Of a DNA stretch of 64,000 bases, positions 1 through 12,624 are shown in pieces. A program made the translations under genes and the position numbers. The notes beneath the pieces were generated by a model that worked only from the letters and a program-made list of their open reading frames with translations, was not told where the DNA came from and made no database searches. This DNA is from Octopus sinensis (lineage: Eukaryota): contig NC_043006.1 in the NCBI RefSeq assembly GCF_006345805.1, positions 39,308,001 through 39,372,000 of the forward strand. Reading direction: 5' to 3'. Every line of letters starts with the position of its first letter. The first letter of the stretch is position 1.

Positions 1-30
1 ACACACATATATAATATATATATCCATTAC

Positions 31-61
<31 letters not shown>

Positions 62-87
62 ACACACGTATATATATATTAATATAT

Positions 88-120
<33 letters not shown>

Positions 121-204
121 AAAATATATATATATATTATATATATGCATAAATACTTACACACACAAATACATATGGAGAGAAGGAGAGGAAAGATATA
201 AAGC

Positions 205-237
<33 letters not shown>

Positions 238-728
238 GAGAGAGAAGGAGTATGTTTGTGTTTCTGAATAGGAATGTCTGTTTCAATGTGTGTATAACAT
301 TGTGTACCTGCATGTATGAGTGCACATGTCCATATGTAGTTGTGTGCTTATGTAAGCATTGTACGTAAAGGTATGCAAGGCATCTTTGTATGCGTGTGTG
401 TGTGTGTGTGTGTGTCCGTGTGTCTGTATGTGGGTGCATGTGCGTGTTTTTGTGAGTGCGTATGTTTCTGTGTAGCGACTGAAGGACAAAAGAAGTGGAA
501 AAGAGAGACGGCAAACTAAAGATGTCGTCGGGGAGAGATGCACTTCCTGCTGTGCCAGGATGTTGGTAGGAATCAATGTCTTTGTTTCATTCTAGTTGTA
601 TGGCAGCTAAAAGACTTGGGTAGAATTTTCGATGAATCTGGGTTCCAACTTTCTCGTTAGACAAATTGTTATTCGACGCACATACAAACAGGTAAACAGT
701 CAGCAGCAGACACTCACGCGTAGGCATT

Positions 729-769
729 TGTGAGTCCAGAGAGAGAGAGAGATAGATAGATAGATAGAC

Positions 770-851
<82 letters not shown>

Positions 852-950
852 AGAGAGGGAGAGAGATGGGTAGACAGATAGGTAGAACAGATAGATGGGT
901 AAATAGAGAGAAAGATAGAGACAAATAGATGGGGAGATAAATTGATTGAG

Positions 951-1007
<57 letters not shown>

Positions 1008-1130
1008 GACAGATAGATAGATTGAGTGAGAGGTAGATAGAGAGAGTGAGAGATAGATAGATTGAGTGAGAGATAGATAGATATAGAGAAGATATACATA
1101 GATATATATATATTTATACATAGATTTGTA

Positions 1131-1170
<40 letters not shown>

Positions 1171-1189
1171 TATAGATAGATAGATAGAT

Positions 1190-1250
<61 letters not shown>
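729..1250. repeat. (GATA)n/(GA)n/(TA)n compound microsatellite
   Basis: Directly visible tandem GATA and TA runs; source of the spurious YLSI/IYIY ORFs. Confidence 0.95.
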
Positions 1251-1253
<3 letters not shown>

Positions 1254-1599
1254 AGACAGAGATAAATAGATAGGTAAAGAGGGAGAGATTCACACATCAG
1301 CATAAACATACACATATACTCTTACATACTTACATACACACAACTACACAAAACGTAACTGACAAAGACTACATAAGTTGGCACAAAGAGATATATATAT
1401 ATATAAACAATTAGACATACGCACTCATACACACATATATAAGCATACAGACATAGCGATACATACACGCACACACACACAACGTTTTGAGCACGCAAAT
1501 CATAGCCATATCTTATTTTTCCAGTACACAGGTAACGGATCCCATCATTAAGGTGGTTGCCAAGGTGTGATTGTTATGCTGGTGGCATAGTAGAGGTGG

Positions 1600-2170
1600 T
1601 GGTGGTGGTGGTGGTGGTGGAAGGTGAAGTTGATGAGGATGGTGGTATTCGAGAGAATAACGATGACGTCATGACAATGATGATGATGATGATGATGATG
1701 ATGACCAAGATGATAATGATGACGATGATGACGATGACGACCATGATGAGGATGATGCTAATGAAGACAATGACGACGACGACGAACGACGATGATGGTA
1801 GTGGTAGTGGTGGTGGTGACGGCGGTGGTATTAGAGAAACCGGAAGTGCGTGCATGTATGTGTGCTTTCGATATACTGGCGTTTATGACTGTGATAATAG
1901 AGAGCATGGTGAAGGAGAGAGGCCGGATGGTGCTGGTAGTGGTGGTGGTGCTGGTGCTGGTGGTGAGGGCGGTGGTGGTAGTGTTCAGGTTGTAATGAAT
2001 GTGAAGGGGTGGGTGTGATCCTAATTGTAATTGCGATTGTAATAGTGATGATGACGATGATAATGATGATGATGACGATCATCATCATCATGAACATGAT
2101 GGTGATGATGATGGTGATGATGATGATGATCGTGATGATGAAGATGTTGATGCTGCTGCTGATGATGATG
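1600..2170. repeat. Degenerate (GGT)n/(GAT)n/(GAC)n trinucleotide low-complexity tract
   Basis: Runs of GGT, GAT and GAC; ORFs are poly-V/M/I with no domain. Confidence 0.9.
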
Positions 2171-3224
2171 GATTTTTATGTTGGCAGAAGGCCTGAGAAG
2201 ATGGAAGGACTGTCGGAGCATCGAACAAAATGCTTTGCCATATTTCTTTTCATTCTCCATACCCCGAGTTCAAATCCCACAAAGGTCGACTGTACCTTTA
2301 ATCTTTCTGGGATCAATAAAGTAAGGTACCAATTAAGCACTGAATTCATTGGTGTAGATAGAGTGCCTCTGCCGCCGGGGGGCAGCCCATGATCTTGCCA
2401 CCCACTGGGTCCCCAAGACTATACAGGCTTATACAGAAGACCCAAAAGTGACACACCCGTTAAAATGTCACCCGGTTCGGACCGTCCCCACGTCCCAACG
2501 CCCTAACCTAATTACGCTACTGACTACATAGTCTGTGGCTTAGTGGTTACGGTACGCGGTTAACAACCGTAAGGTCCTGAGTTCGAATAATGGCAGCGTG
2601 TTGTGTCCTTGAGGAAGATACTTTATTTCACATTGTTCCAGTTCGTTCTGTTAGCAAAAATGAGTTGCCCCTGTAATTTAAAGGGCCAGCCTTAGCATAT
2701 TTTGTTTCACGCTGAATCTTCCTAACTCTATGGAATGTTCAGCGACTTGCACGTTAATTTCACGGAAAGACGGTTCCGTTAATCGACTATGGTAGTTCTC
2801 CAAAGATTTGAAGACCAGTGACAATGTCAGAAATTGATGCAAAACCACAATATTGATTGGAAAAGTGAGGGTGTAATTTATTAAGCAAGCCTCCCGCCAT
2901 ATTTAAGAACCCTCCGATTCTTCACTTTCTTGGCATCAGAAGAATGAAAATATCGCGCCGACAGAGAACCTATCTAGGCACAGGCGTGGCTGTGTTGTAA
3001 GAGGTTTGCTCTCCAACCACTTGGTTTCGGGGTTCAGTCCCATTGTATGGCACCTTCGATAATAATAGTAACGATTGCAAATTTTGGCACAACACCAGCA
3101 ATTTCAGGGAAGTAGTGACCCCCAGTGCATAATTGGTATTCATTTTATCGACTCCGAAAGGATGATAGGAAAAGTCGACCTGCGGGAAATTTATAACGAT
3201 AATAATAATAATGGTTACAAATTT

Positions 3225-3436
3225 TGCCTGAAGGACACTCATTTGCGGGGAGGAGATGTGTCGATTACATCGACGTCCCCCCGCCAATCGTGTTTCACAG
3301 GTTCTTAATTTATCGATCTCGAAAAGATGAAAATGCGAAGTCGACCGCGGTGGAATTTGAACTCAGAACGTAAAGACAGACGAAATCATTCTAACCATAT
3401 CGCCCGGCGTGCTAACGATTCTTCCAGTTCGCCGCC
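3225..3436 (-). mobile_element. tRNA-derived SINE, family C
   Basis: Reverse complement gives head GGCGGCGAACTGGAAGAATCGTTAGC, B-box GAGTTCAAATTCC and the GGTCGACTT...ATCGATAAATTAAG body seen in more than 15 copies in the window. Confidence 0.85.
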
Positions 3437-3639
3437 TTAATAATGACAATAACAACAACAACAATTTCGTTTTTGGATTTGGTTTGCAAGATTCTTTATA
3501 TGAGTTCGTGTGTTGAAGCATATTCTGTTGTGTCTGGGGAGAGTCATTTTCTTTTTGTGCCTTAAATTTCCACTTATTTCTAGTTTTTATTCTCCTAAAA
3601 TTTTCGTTGCGTTTTGCAACTTTTTCACTCCCCAGACAC

Positions 3640-3699
3640 GACAACAACAACAACAACAACAACAATAATAATAATAATAATAACAACAACAATAATAAC

Positions 3700-3743
<44 letters not shown>

Positions 3744-3753
3744 CAATAATAAC

Positions 3754-3805
<52 letters not shown>
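3640..3805. repeat. (AAC)n(AAT)n microsatellite, 5' flank of the Dong/R4 LINE
   Basis: Pure AAC then AAT runs directly abutting the LINE. Confidence 0.95.
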
Positions 3806-6800
3806 TAAACACTGAAACTGTAAAACACGAAGACAAACGCAACATTCCCAACAAACACGATGTAAACAACGAAGGGGAGCCTAATGATTATGATAATATA
3901 AAAAATAAAATAATCAAAGAACTGAAAACCACAGAGCCCAAAATGGACCACCGACCATACCTCCCAAGAATAAAAAAAACGAAATAACAACACCAATTAT
4001 AAACAGCATAAACCTAGCCGTCACTGAACTAGCCACTGAAACAAAAAAAAAGTGATATCACTGAACTAAATGACTTGATATACGCAGCAGCCACTGCAGC
4101 CACAAAAGAAGCTGGATACTCACCCAAACCCGCCCAACAGGAGTACCACCACCCAAACAAACCCTGTGGATAAATAACATCCAAAACAAAATTTAAAAAA
4201 TAGAAAAGACCTGTCGATTCTTAATGAAATCAGCAAACAATCAACGCTACTGAGCAACAAAAAGAGAACAAAAATGCTCCGCAAATATAACATCACAGAA
4301 AAAGATCTGCCGGATAAAAGAAAAGCTGAAGCAAGATATCCTTGCCAAAGCTCAAAGGATCCGCCGGTACGAGAAACGCCAACGCTTCTTTGAACAGAAC
4401 AAAAAGTTCAACTCCAACCCCAAAAAGTTCTACCAAGAACTGGGAAAAAATAAAATAGAAGTCACTGCAGCACCAACGGCAGAAGAATTGGAAGAATTCT
4501 GGAGAGAAATATGGTCGGCGAACGAACAGCCAAAAAAAAGGAGTATCAAAATAACAAACTCGGCATCTGAACAACTTTGGACCCCCATAACAACTGAAGA
4601 GGTCACCCAGGCACTGCAAAAACTAAGCAACTGGAAGGCACCTGGGCATGACAAGATCCCCAACTTCTGGTTGAAATATCTAACAGGAATGCACAAAAAG
4701 CTGGCTGAAAACTTTAACAGCATACTAGCAGAGCCAGAGACAATGCCTGAATGGCTCACGAAGGGGAAAACCATCTTAATTCCCAAATCAAATGAAACAG
4801 CAAAACCAGAAAACTACAGACCAATAACCTGCCTCCCTACTATGTTCAAGGCATTTACTGCAGTGATATCGCAAAGGCTGAACAAGCACCTGGACGAAAA
4901 CAAACTGTTCCCAGAAGAGCAGAAAGGATGCCGCAAAGGCTCATATGGCTGTAAAGATCAACTAATGATTAATAAAGCCGTAACTGAAGACAGCCACAGA
5001 AAGAAGAAAGGCCTCAGTATGGCCTGGATTGACTACAAAAAGGCATTTGATAGCATCCCCCACACATGGATCCTCGAAACACTAGCCATTAACAAAGTAG
5101 CACCAACAATCATAAAATTCATAGAGCACTCTATGAATAAATGGCAAACATTCCTACATCCAAAACAAAAGAGGGACTCATGAAAACCAAGACATCCCCA
5201 TTAGGAGAGGAATATTCCAGGGAGACACGCTCTCTCCACTCCTTTTCTGCTTGGCACTGTCACCTCTATCTGATATGCTAAATAGAACTGGATGCGGATA
5301 TAAATGTTACGGCAAAACGATCAGCCACCTTTTATATATGGATGACCTAAAACTATACGCTGCAAATGACAAACAGCTGGAAATACTATTAAAGACAGTT
5401 CATGGATTTACCAAAGAAATAGATATGAAATTTGGATTAGAAAAATGTGCCAAAGTAGCCCTGAAAAGAGGAAAACTAGTTAAGAGTAACAACATCACAC
5501 TAGATAAAACCAATGAAATAAAAGAATTAGACCAAAGCCAAACTTACAAATACTTAGGAATCCATGAACTAGACAAGACACAACACACACAAATGAAAGA
5601 GAAATAAAAAAAGAATATTATAGACGAGTTAGATCAATACTAAACACAGAGCTCAATGCTAAAAACAAGATAATAGGTATCAACACTTTAGCTTCCCAGT
5701 TATAAGTTACAGCTACAATATCCTTAACTGGACACGAAATGACTGTCCCAAAATAGATAGGAAAACAAGAAAAATACTGACAGGATCTAGGATGCATCAC
5801 CCAAAATCTGACATAGAAAGACTATATATACAACGTATAGAAGGTGGTAGAGGCCTTATACAGCTGGAAAACTACTATAAAAAACCACCATAGGACTGCA
5901 AAAATACCTACTTCAGAAGGAAGGAAAACTGATCCAGATAGCAGCAAAACACGAGCAAAACAAAAAACTGCTCTCAGTATTTAAGGAAGCTGACAAATAC
6001 AAACAAGAAATCATACCACCTAATAACATGAAGAGAAGAAGATGATGAAGAAACAACAAAAGCTATAAAACAAATGAAATCCAAACTAAAAATAGAACAG
6101 CAACGAACCATGATAAAACGATGGCAAGAAAAGCCCCTTCATGGTAAATACTCACGCCTAAACTAACCAAAAGAATAGACAAAGACACAAGAAAAATCCC
6201 AGCAACATGGTTGAGAAGCTCAGGACTCAAAGCAGACACAGAGGGATTTTTAATTGCAGCACAAGACCAAAGCCTCCCCACCAGAAATTACCAAAAACAT
6301 GTAATGAAAAGAAATATACAAGTAACTGCAGAATATGTGGAGATGGACAAGAACAATAAATCATATTATCTCTAGCTGCCCAGTCCTGGCTAAGAAGGAA
6401 TATATTCACAGACATGACAGAGTTGGAACCTACATACATTGGAAGCTATGCCAACATTATGGAATAACAACAGAAAAAAGATGGTATAACGCACACACCA
6501 GAAAAGGTCACAGAAAACGAGAAAGCAACCATACTCTGGGATATGCCGATACACACAGATAGAGAAATTAAGGCCAACAGACCAGATATAGTTGTAAGAG
6601 ATCATGAAGAAAAAAAATGCTTTCTAATTGATGTATCAATACCGGCAGATGACAACGTGTCTCTAAAAGAATGGAGAACTCTCAAAATACAAAGACCTGG
6701 AAATAGAGGTAACTAGAATGTGGAATCTGAAAACAGAAACAATTCCTATCATAGTAGGTGCATTAGGCATGATAAAAAAATATTCAGATAAATACATAAC

Positions 6801-7002
6801 AAAAACACCAGGACTTACAAACACATATAACATACAAAAAATTGCAACTACTAGGACACTAGCACTGCACACATCCTACACAGCAGAACACTTTCCATAC
6901 AATAACCATCAGAGCATCACAACAAATCACAGCACACAACCCAAGGCACACAGAGCTGCGCTCGGTAGTGAGTGAAAGCACGCTATAAAAATAAAACTAC
7001 TG
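3806..7002 (+). mobile_element. R4/Dong-clade non-LTR retrotransposon (RT plus C-terminal restriction-like endonuclease), 5'-truncated and frameshifted
   Basis: RT motifs KAPGHDKI, YRPITCLPT, EQKGCRKG, WIDYKKAFDSIPH, LYMDDLKLY; CCHC knuckle CRICGDGQE.INHIISSC near 6325-6380; RLE motif RPDIVVRD...IDVS and KYKDLEIEV; short 3' UTR ending in (AAT)n. The ORF is split by several frameshifts and stops. Confidence 0.93.
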
Positions 7003-7039
7003 AATAATAATAATATTAATAAATAATAAAATAATAATA

Positions 7040-7078
<39 letters not shown>
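7003..7078. repeat. (AAT)n microsatellite, 3' flank/tail of the Dong/R4 LINE
   Basis: AAT run immediately after ...AAAACTACTG. Confidence 0.95.
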
Positions 7079-7080
<2 letters not shown>

Positions 7081-7741
7081 TGTACTAGGTTCGATTAGTT
7101 CAAATCAAATTTACAAGCCAGTACCACAACATGGCCGCAGTCTAAAGTAAGAGAATAAAAGATAAATATACATATTGATGGAGTAAGCAAGATAGGACTG
7201 CTGAGACAGAAGATCAGCTGACACAATAACAACTAAGATGGAAGTTACAAACGAACTTCATTATATGAAAAACTGTTGATAAATAATCGAATTATAATTA
7301 ATAAAATCGTGAAAGAGACAGTTAGAATTGTAATAGATTTAATTTTGATCGAGACAGAAAGACATTGAATACGAAAGAAGGAAATTGGTTAAATTTGCAT
7401 ACAGCCTGAATAATTAAGTAATTTAATGAGAGTTTACGATATTTGTGAAATGAATTACTACACACAAACAGCCAAAACTATCTTTCTCTTTCTCTCTTGC
7501 ACACATACAAACACACACATACGCACTCACACGCATATATGTATGTATATAGACACATATATATAAGTATATATACAGCTATGTATACATACATGTATAT
7601 ATATAATTATGTATATGTATACAAATATATATATAATTATATTTATGTATACATATTTAAATAATTATGTATATATATACATTATATATATGATTATATA
7701 TATGATTAAATATATAATTACATATATATATATATATATAT

Positions 7742-7915
7742 TAGTTCAAATTTACAGAAAAACAGAAGACGACGAGTAACAAACAGGTGTAATAGTTTAA
7801 CGCTCAGGAAAAATGGAGAAGTCATTTATGTTTCGAGTCTACGCTCCTCAACAGAAAGGAATAAGGGTCAAAAAGGAGAGAGAATGGAAAAATGGAGAGC
7901 GAAAACCTGTGTAGA
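7742..7915 (-). mobile_element. Short Penelope-like repeat with hammerhead-like motif (A6U variant)
   Basis: Reverse complement CCTTT-CTGTTGA-G-GAGCGTAGACTC-GAAACATAA; homologous to 21720-21900, 22770-22960 and 34740-34900. The Penelope assignment is inference. Confidence 0.55.
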
Positions 7916-8464
7916 GTTCAGCAGTCCAATATAATGACATGACTGGAAAAAAAAGAGGTTCATTGAAAAGGAGACATTAATGGTGCTCCCAACGATGTAA
8001 GGTGCGCTAGTGTGTGTGTATGTGGGTATGTGCGAATGGGGGTGAGTGAGTCTGACGTGCTTGAGTGTGTGCGTGTGTAACGTGTGTGTGTATTGTGTGT
8101 AGCAGTTCATATGTTCGTTTTCAAGTGATGTGTGCACATGTGTATGTGTGTGTGTATGTAGTGCGCATGCGTATAGTATATGTTTGCGGGCGAAAGTTAA
8201 CTTTGTCTATGTGTATATATATATATATATATGTTTGTGTTCAGGTATTATGTGCTTGTGTTGGCATGGGAGCATATATTGTCTGTGTTCAGATTTTATG
8301 TGGTTATGTGAGTGTGTGCATGATGGTGTGTGGTGTGTGTACTGAGTTAAACTGTGTGTGGGTGCTCGTATAGTGGTATAGTGACGCTATTGAAGACTGT
8401 GTGTGAGTGTGTGGATAATTGCGTGTGGTGTGGGTGCTAGTGTGTGGGTGCTAGTGTGTGTATT

Positions 8465-8841
8465 GGAGGCGCAATGGCCCAGTGGTTAGGCCAGCGGACT
8501 CGCGGTCGTAGGATCGCGGTTTCGATTCCCAGACCGGGCGTTGTGAGTGTTTATTGAGCGAAAACACCTAAAGCTCCACGAGGCTCCGGCAGGGATGGTG
8601 ATGATCCCTGCTGTACTCTTTCACCACAACTTTCTCTCACTCTTACTTCCTGTTTCTGTTGTACCTGTATTTCAAGGGGCCAGCCTTGTCACTCTCTGTG
8701 TCACGCTGAATATCCCCAAGAACTACGTTAAGGGTACACGTGTCTGTGGAGTGCTCAGCCACTTACACGTTAATTTCCCGAGCAGCTGTTCCGTTGATCG
8801 GATCAACCGGAAACCTCCTCGTCGTAACCGACGGATGCTTC
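8465..8841 (+). mobile_element. tRNA-derived SINE, family A (full length, about 380 bp)
   Basis: A-box TGGCCCAGTGG, B-box GTTTCGATTCCC; close copies at 10465-10844 (-) and 44703-45082 (+). Confidence 0.9.
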
Positions 8842-9082
8842 CATCCAGTGTGTGTGTACTGGGTGTGTGTAATGGTGTGTGAAGTGTGAACTAGGAGGCC
8901 ATGCAGATTATGGGCTCGTGTGAAGAAGGGAAGGGGTAGGTTAGGGAATATGTGGAAGGGTCGGAGAATGGTGCGTTGGAGGGATAGGGAGGAGGGGTGG
9001 TAGGTGAGGGGAAACAGAAGACAGGTAAGGGTGGGGCGGATGCGAGGAGAGAGAGTAGAGGCACGGTCCACAGGTCATATAT

Positions 9083-9957
9083 ATACAGCCTGCGATGGGT
9101 AAATTTTCACCATTTTAATTGCCCCGAAGCGCATTGTTTTTGATTTTGTCGTCTACAAAAATATAATTGGGTCAGTTGGGCAGCGTCCGTGAGATAAACA
9201 GCACCATAGCGCAATTCAGTCTGCCAGAAATTTAGAAATGGCATGCTGTACTTCTTGGCATTCCCGGCAGAAGTTCCTATACGAACAGATGGTGAACACA
9301 TAGAACAACCTTTGGCTTGCAGTGTTCCAAAACATGTACCGAGTGTGATAAAAAAAATCAAACACCCAGTGAACATCATGGTGTTTCGAGTGATCACTAA
9401 TGATGGCGACGTTATGCCTCCATTCATCTTCCTACACGGCCTCAGACTCGACACGGAGGCCTACATCATGTGCGTGGAGGAAGTAGTGCTGTCTCGAATG
9501 GCTGCTGGAAGACCCTACGTCTGGTAACAGGACTCTGTAGCAAACCACACAAGCAGGAGAACCCATTCATGGCTGTCAGACAATTTCTGTGACCACATCA
9601 CTCCTAACATCTGGCCACCTAACCTGCCAGGCTGCAACCCCCTTGATTATTATGCGTGGAGTGCAGTTGGGCGAGAGACCAACAAAACTCCGTGAAACAC
9701 CAAAGAGAAACTGAAGGGAAGCCCTATAGTAACATTCGCCAACTTAAAATAGGAGACCGTCCAGAAGAGTGGCAGGAGATTCCGAAGTCGTCTGGAGGTC
9801 GTGGTTGGGGCCAACAGCGATTCTGTTGAATAAATTTACACTTTAGTATTTCAATATATTTCTATGTAATATTGATAAATACATCTGTTAATATGAGACG
9901 TCAGTGTTATTTTCATTTCTGCGTAATTTAGACGAGAGTTTATTCACCGTAACCTAT
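9083..9957 (+). mobile_element. Tc1/mariner superfamily, maT-type (DD37D) transposon remnant with internal deletion
   Basis: Translation KHPVNIMVF..IT.DGDVMPPFIF...PYVW*QD...WPPNLPGCNPLDY; I count 37 residues between the second and third catalytic D. Degenerate TIRs. Confidence 0.85.
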
Positions 9958-10464
9958 ATAGATATGTGTATTTGCATACATGTATGTACACACACGTACG
10001 CACACTCGATCGCATTTACATAATTTATTTGAACATATAATATAATATACGTATATACATAATCCATTCTACTAAAGGCACAAGGCCTGAAATTAGGGGG
10101 AAGTAGATTAGTCGATCACATCGACATCAGTATTTCAATGGTACTTAACTTATCGACCTCGAAATGATGAAAGGCAAAGTCGACCTCGGCGGAATTTGAA
10201 CACAGAGCGTAGCGACGGGTGAAGTATCGTTTAGCATTTCGTCCAGCGCGCTAACGATTCTGTCAGCTTGCCGTCTTGTGCGTACTTATATAATACAGGG
10301 TGGACCAAAAGTAGGTTTACAGTTATCACGTAGGTACTTTAAAATTCTATTAAAACATTTTATTACATTTAAATTCCTATCTTACAAACCGAAAAGGGAG
10401 CTTGACAAAATTAACTAAATTAGCATAGAATTATGGTTTCATCTTCTTTTTATAATTAAGATGT

Positions 10465-10844
10465 GAAAGCACTCCGTCGGTTACGACGAGGAGGTTTCCG
10501 GTTGATCCGATCAACGGAACAGCCTGCTCGGGAAATTAACGTGTAAGGGGCTGAGCACTCCACATACACGTGTACCCTTAACGTAGTTCTCGGGGATATT
10601 CAGCGTGACACAGAGAGTGACAAGGCCTGCCCTTTGAAATACAGGTACAACAGAAACAGGAAGTAAGAGTGAGAGAAAACTGTGGTGAAAGAGTACAGCA
10701 GGGATCACCACCATCCTCTGCCGGAGCCTCGTGGAGCTTTTAGGTGTTTCCGCTCAATAAACACAACGCCCGGTTTGGGAATCGAAACCGCGATCCTATG
10801 ACCGCGAGTCCGCTGCCCTAACCACTGGGCCATTGCGCCTCCAC
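10465..10844 (-). mobile_element. tRNA-derived SINE, family A, flanked by a 185-bp direct duplication
   Basis: Reverse-complement match to 8465-8841; flanks 10280-10464 and 10845-11029 are direct repeats. Confidence 0.9.
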
Positions 10845-10860
10845 GCGTACTTATATAATA

Positions 10861-11096
10861 CAGGGTGGACCAAAAGTAGGTTTATAGTTATCACGTAGGC
10901 TTTTTAAATTTCTATTAAAACATTTTATTACATTTAAATTTCTATCTTACAAACTGAAAAAGGAGCTTGACAAAATTAACTAAATTAGCATAGAATTATG
11001 GTTTCATATTCTTTTTATAATTAAGATGTAAACTGTTAATATATGGATGCGAAATAGATAATTGAATAATTGTAAACCTACTTTTGGTCCACCCTG
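10861..11096. mobile_element. Tc1/mariner-type MITE (CAGGGTG TIRs, TA TSD)
   Basis: TA|CAGGGTGGACCAAAAGTAGGTTTA ... TAAACCTACTTTTGGTCCACCCTG|TA; partial copies at 10296-10464 and about 50023-50210. Confidence 0.88.
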
Positions 11097-11892
11097 TATA
11101 TACATAATAAATATATTCGTCGCAAGCTTACGACATTGTCCGTGCTTTTTAGTACCTGTGATAAGTTTCATTGGCGTAGCTAAGGTCGACTTTATGGCTT
11201 TGTGAACAGGGAAATGTCTAAGAGAGCTACTATAAACTATAATGGTCCCAGAACGGTTCTTTTGGGAACCACCTAATATTTGCCTTTTCTTAGAAGGGGC
11301 AACATAAACTGCAACTGTTTGGTTTTTATTTGAACCTCATAAGAAAAATCAACAGAATGTTTCTTTGATATCACAAGTATCACTTTTGTTAAGAAGCTTG
11401 CTTCCCAACCACATGATTCCGGGTTCAGTCCCACAGCGTGACAACTTGGGCAAGTGCCTTCTACTATAGGCTCGGGCCTACAAAAACCTTCTGAGTGGAT
11501 ATGGTAGACGGAAAGTGAAAGAAGCCCTTCGTATATATATATATATATATATGGCATATTTAGCTGCATATATTTCGTCTGGTTTTACGATGTGAGTTCC
11601 AATGCCACCAGTGTCGACTTTGCCTTTCATCCTTTCGAGGTTGATAAAAGAAGTAGCAGCTGAACACCGGGTTCGATTAAACCGACTCAGCCCCTTCCTC
11701 CGAAATTGCTGTCCTCGTGCCAACATTTGAAACATGTTTCTAACCTACGATGGCGGTGAGCTGGCAAAGTCTTTAGCACGCGGAGCCAAATGCTTAGCGG
11801 CATTTTGTCCGTCTTTACTCTCTGAGTTCAAATGCTGCAGGGGTCGACTTTGCCTCACATCCTTTCGGGGTCGATAAAATATGTGCCAGTTG

Positions 11893-12128
11893 AATTATTT
11901 ACATTATTTACATTTGACGGATATTTCGGTTGATGTACCCTTCAGCCTTCATCAGGTGTCTTGGGGAAATTTCGAACCGGGGTTCTCATTCCTAAGGTAT
12001 TTTTCGATATTCTTCTTCTTCTTCTTCTTCTTATTATTATTATTATTATTCAAGTCACTGCCTGGAATCGATCTCGGAATCTAGGGGCTAGTAGCCCGCG
12101 CCCTTAACCACTACGCCATAAGCCCGTG
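11893..12128 (-). mobile_element. tRNA-headed SINE-like element carrying a hammerhead core
   Basis: Minus strand: TGGCGTAGTGG (A-box), GAGATCGATTCC (B-box-like), (TAA)n/(GAA)n, then GACAC-CTGATGA-A-GGCTG..CAACC-GAAA, and an (ATGTAAATA)2 tail. Confidence 0.8.
11921..11960 (-). ncRNA. Minimal type I hammerhead motif; 3' half (stem III and stem I strand) deleted in this copy
   Basis: Core CTGATGA, extra A, stem II and GAAA present; the missing part is retained in the 29308-29353 copy. Confidence 0.6.
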
Positions 12129-12387
12129 ACTTAAACTGGCTTCGAATCTATTGGTGCTCATCTTCAGAAGTCGTATATTCCGCTCTTTTTCCCAAGAACT
12201 CATAACTTTATGATATAATTTGTAAAATCATTTGTTACTGGTATAAAGTAATGGCATCGATAAATCACTTGAAGTGATTTGCATAATTTAACAACCAAAG
12301 ATAACGTTAATTCATTTACATGTGTTTAAATTTCATAGCATCGGCTAATAATATTATGTTTACATTAATACACATTGCTACGAGTCC

Positions 12388-12425
<38 letters not shown>

Positions 12426-12624
12426 TGTGTGATTTCGTCTGTGTTTACGTTATGAGTTCAAATTCCGCCGAGGTCGACTTTGCCTTTCATCCTTTCCGAA
12501 GTCGATAAATTAAGTACCAGTGCGTACTGGGGTCGCTGTAATCGAATTATCCCCCATCACCGAAATTGCTGGCCTTGTGCCTAAATTTGATAACTTTATG
12601 TTTACGATAATACAACTTCTATAC

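Noticed and set aside
137-1315. Long ORFs (up to 242 aa) over microsatellites, and similar ORFs at 30.4-31.2, 39.0-39.7, 53.1-55.6 kb
   Set aside because: Stop-free only because they translate (TA)n, (GATA)n, (CATA)n or (CAT)n repeats; no domain content.
1525-1531. Possible 7-nt microexon (TTTTTCCAG|TACACAG|GTAACG)
   Set aside because: Not frame-preserving and has no supporting neighbouring exon; expected by chance.
8465-8540. SINE heads as genuine tRNA genes
   Set aside because: They have A and B boxes but run into long SINE bodies and occur as many diverged copies; tRNA-derived, not tRNA genes.
8928-8946. G-rich stretch with TTAGGG, possible G-quadruplex or telomeric seed
   Set aside because: The third G-run is only GG and there is a single TTAGGG.
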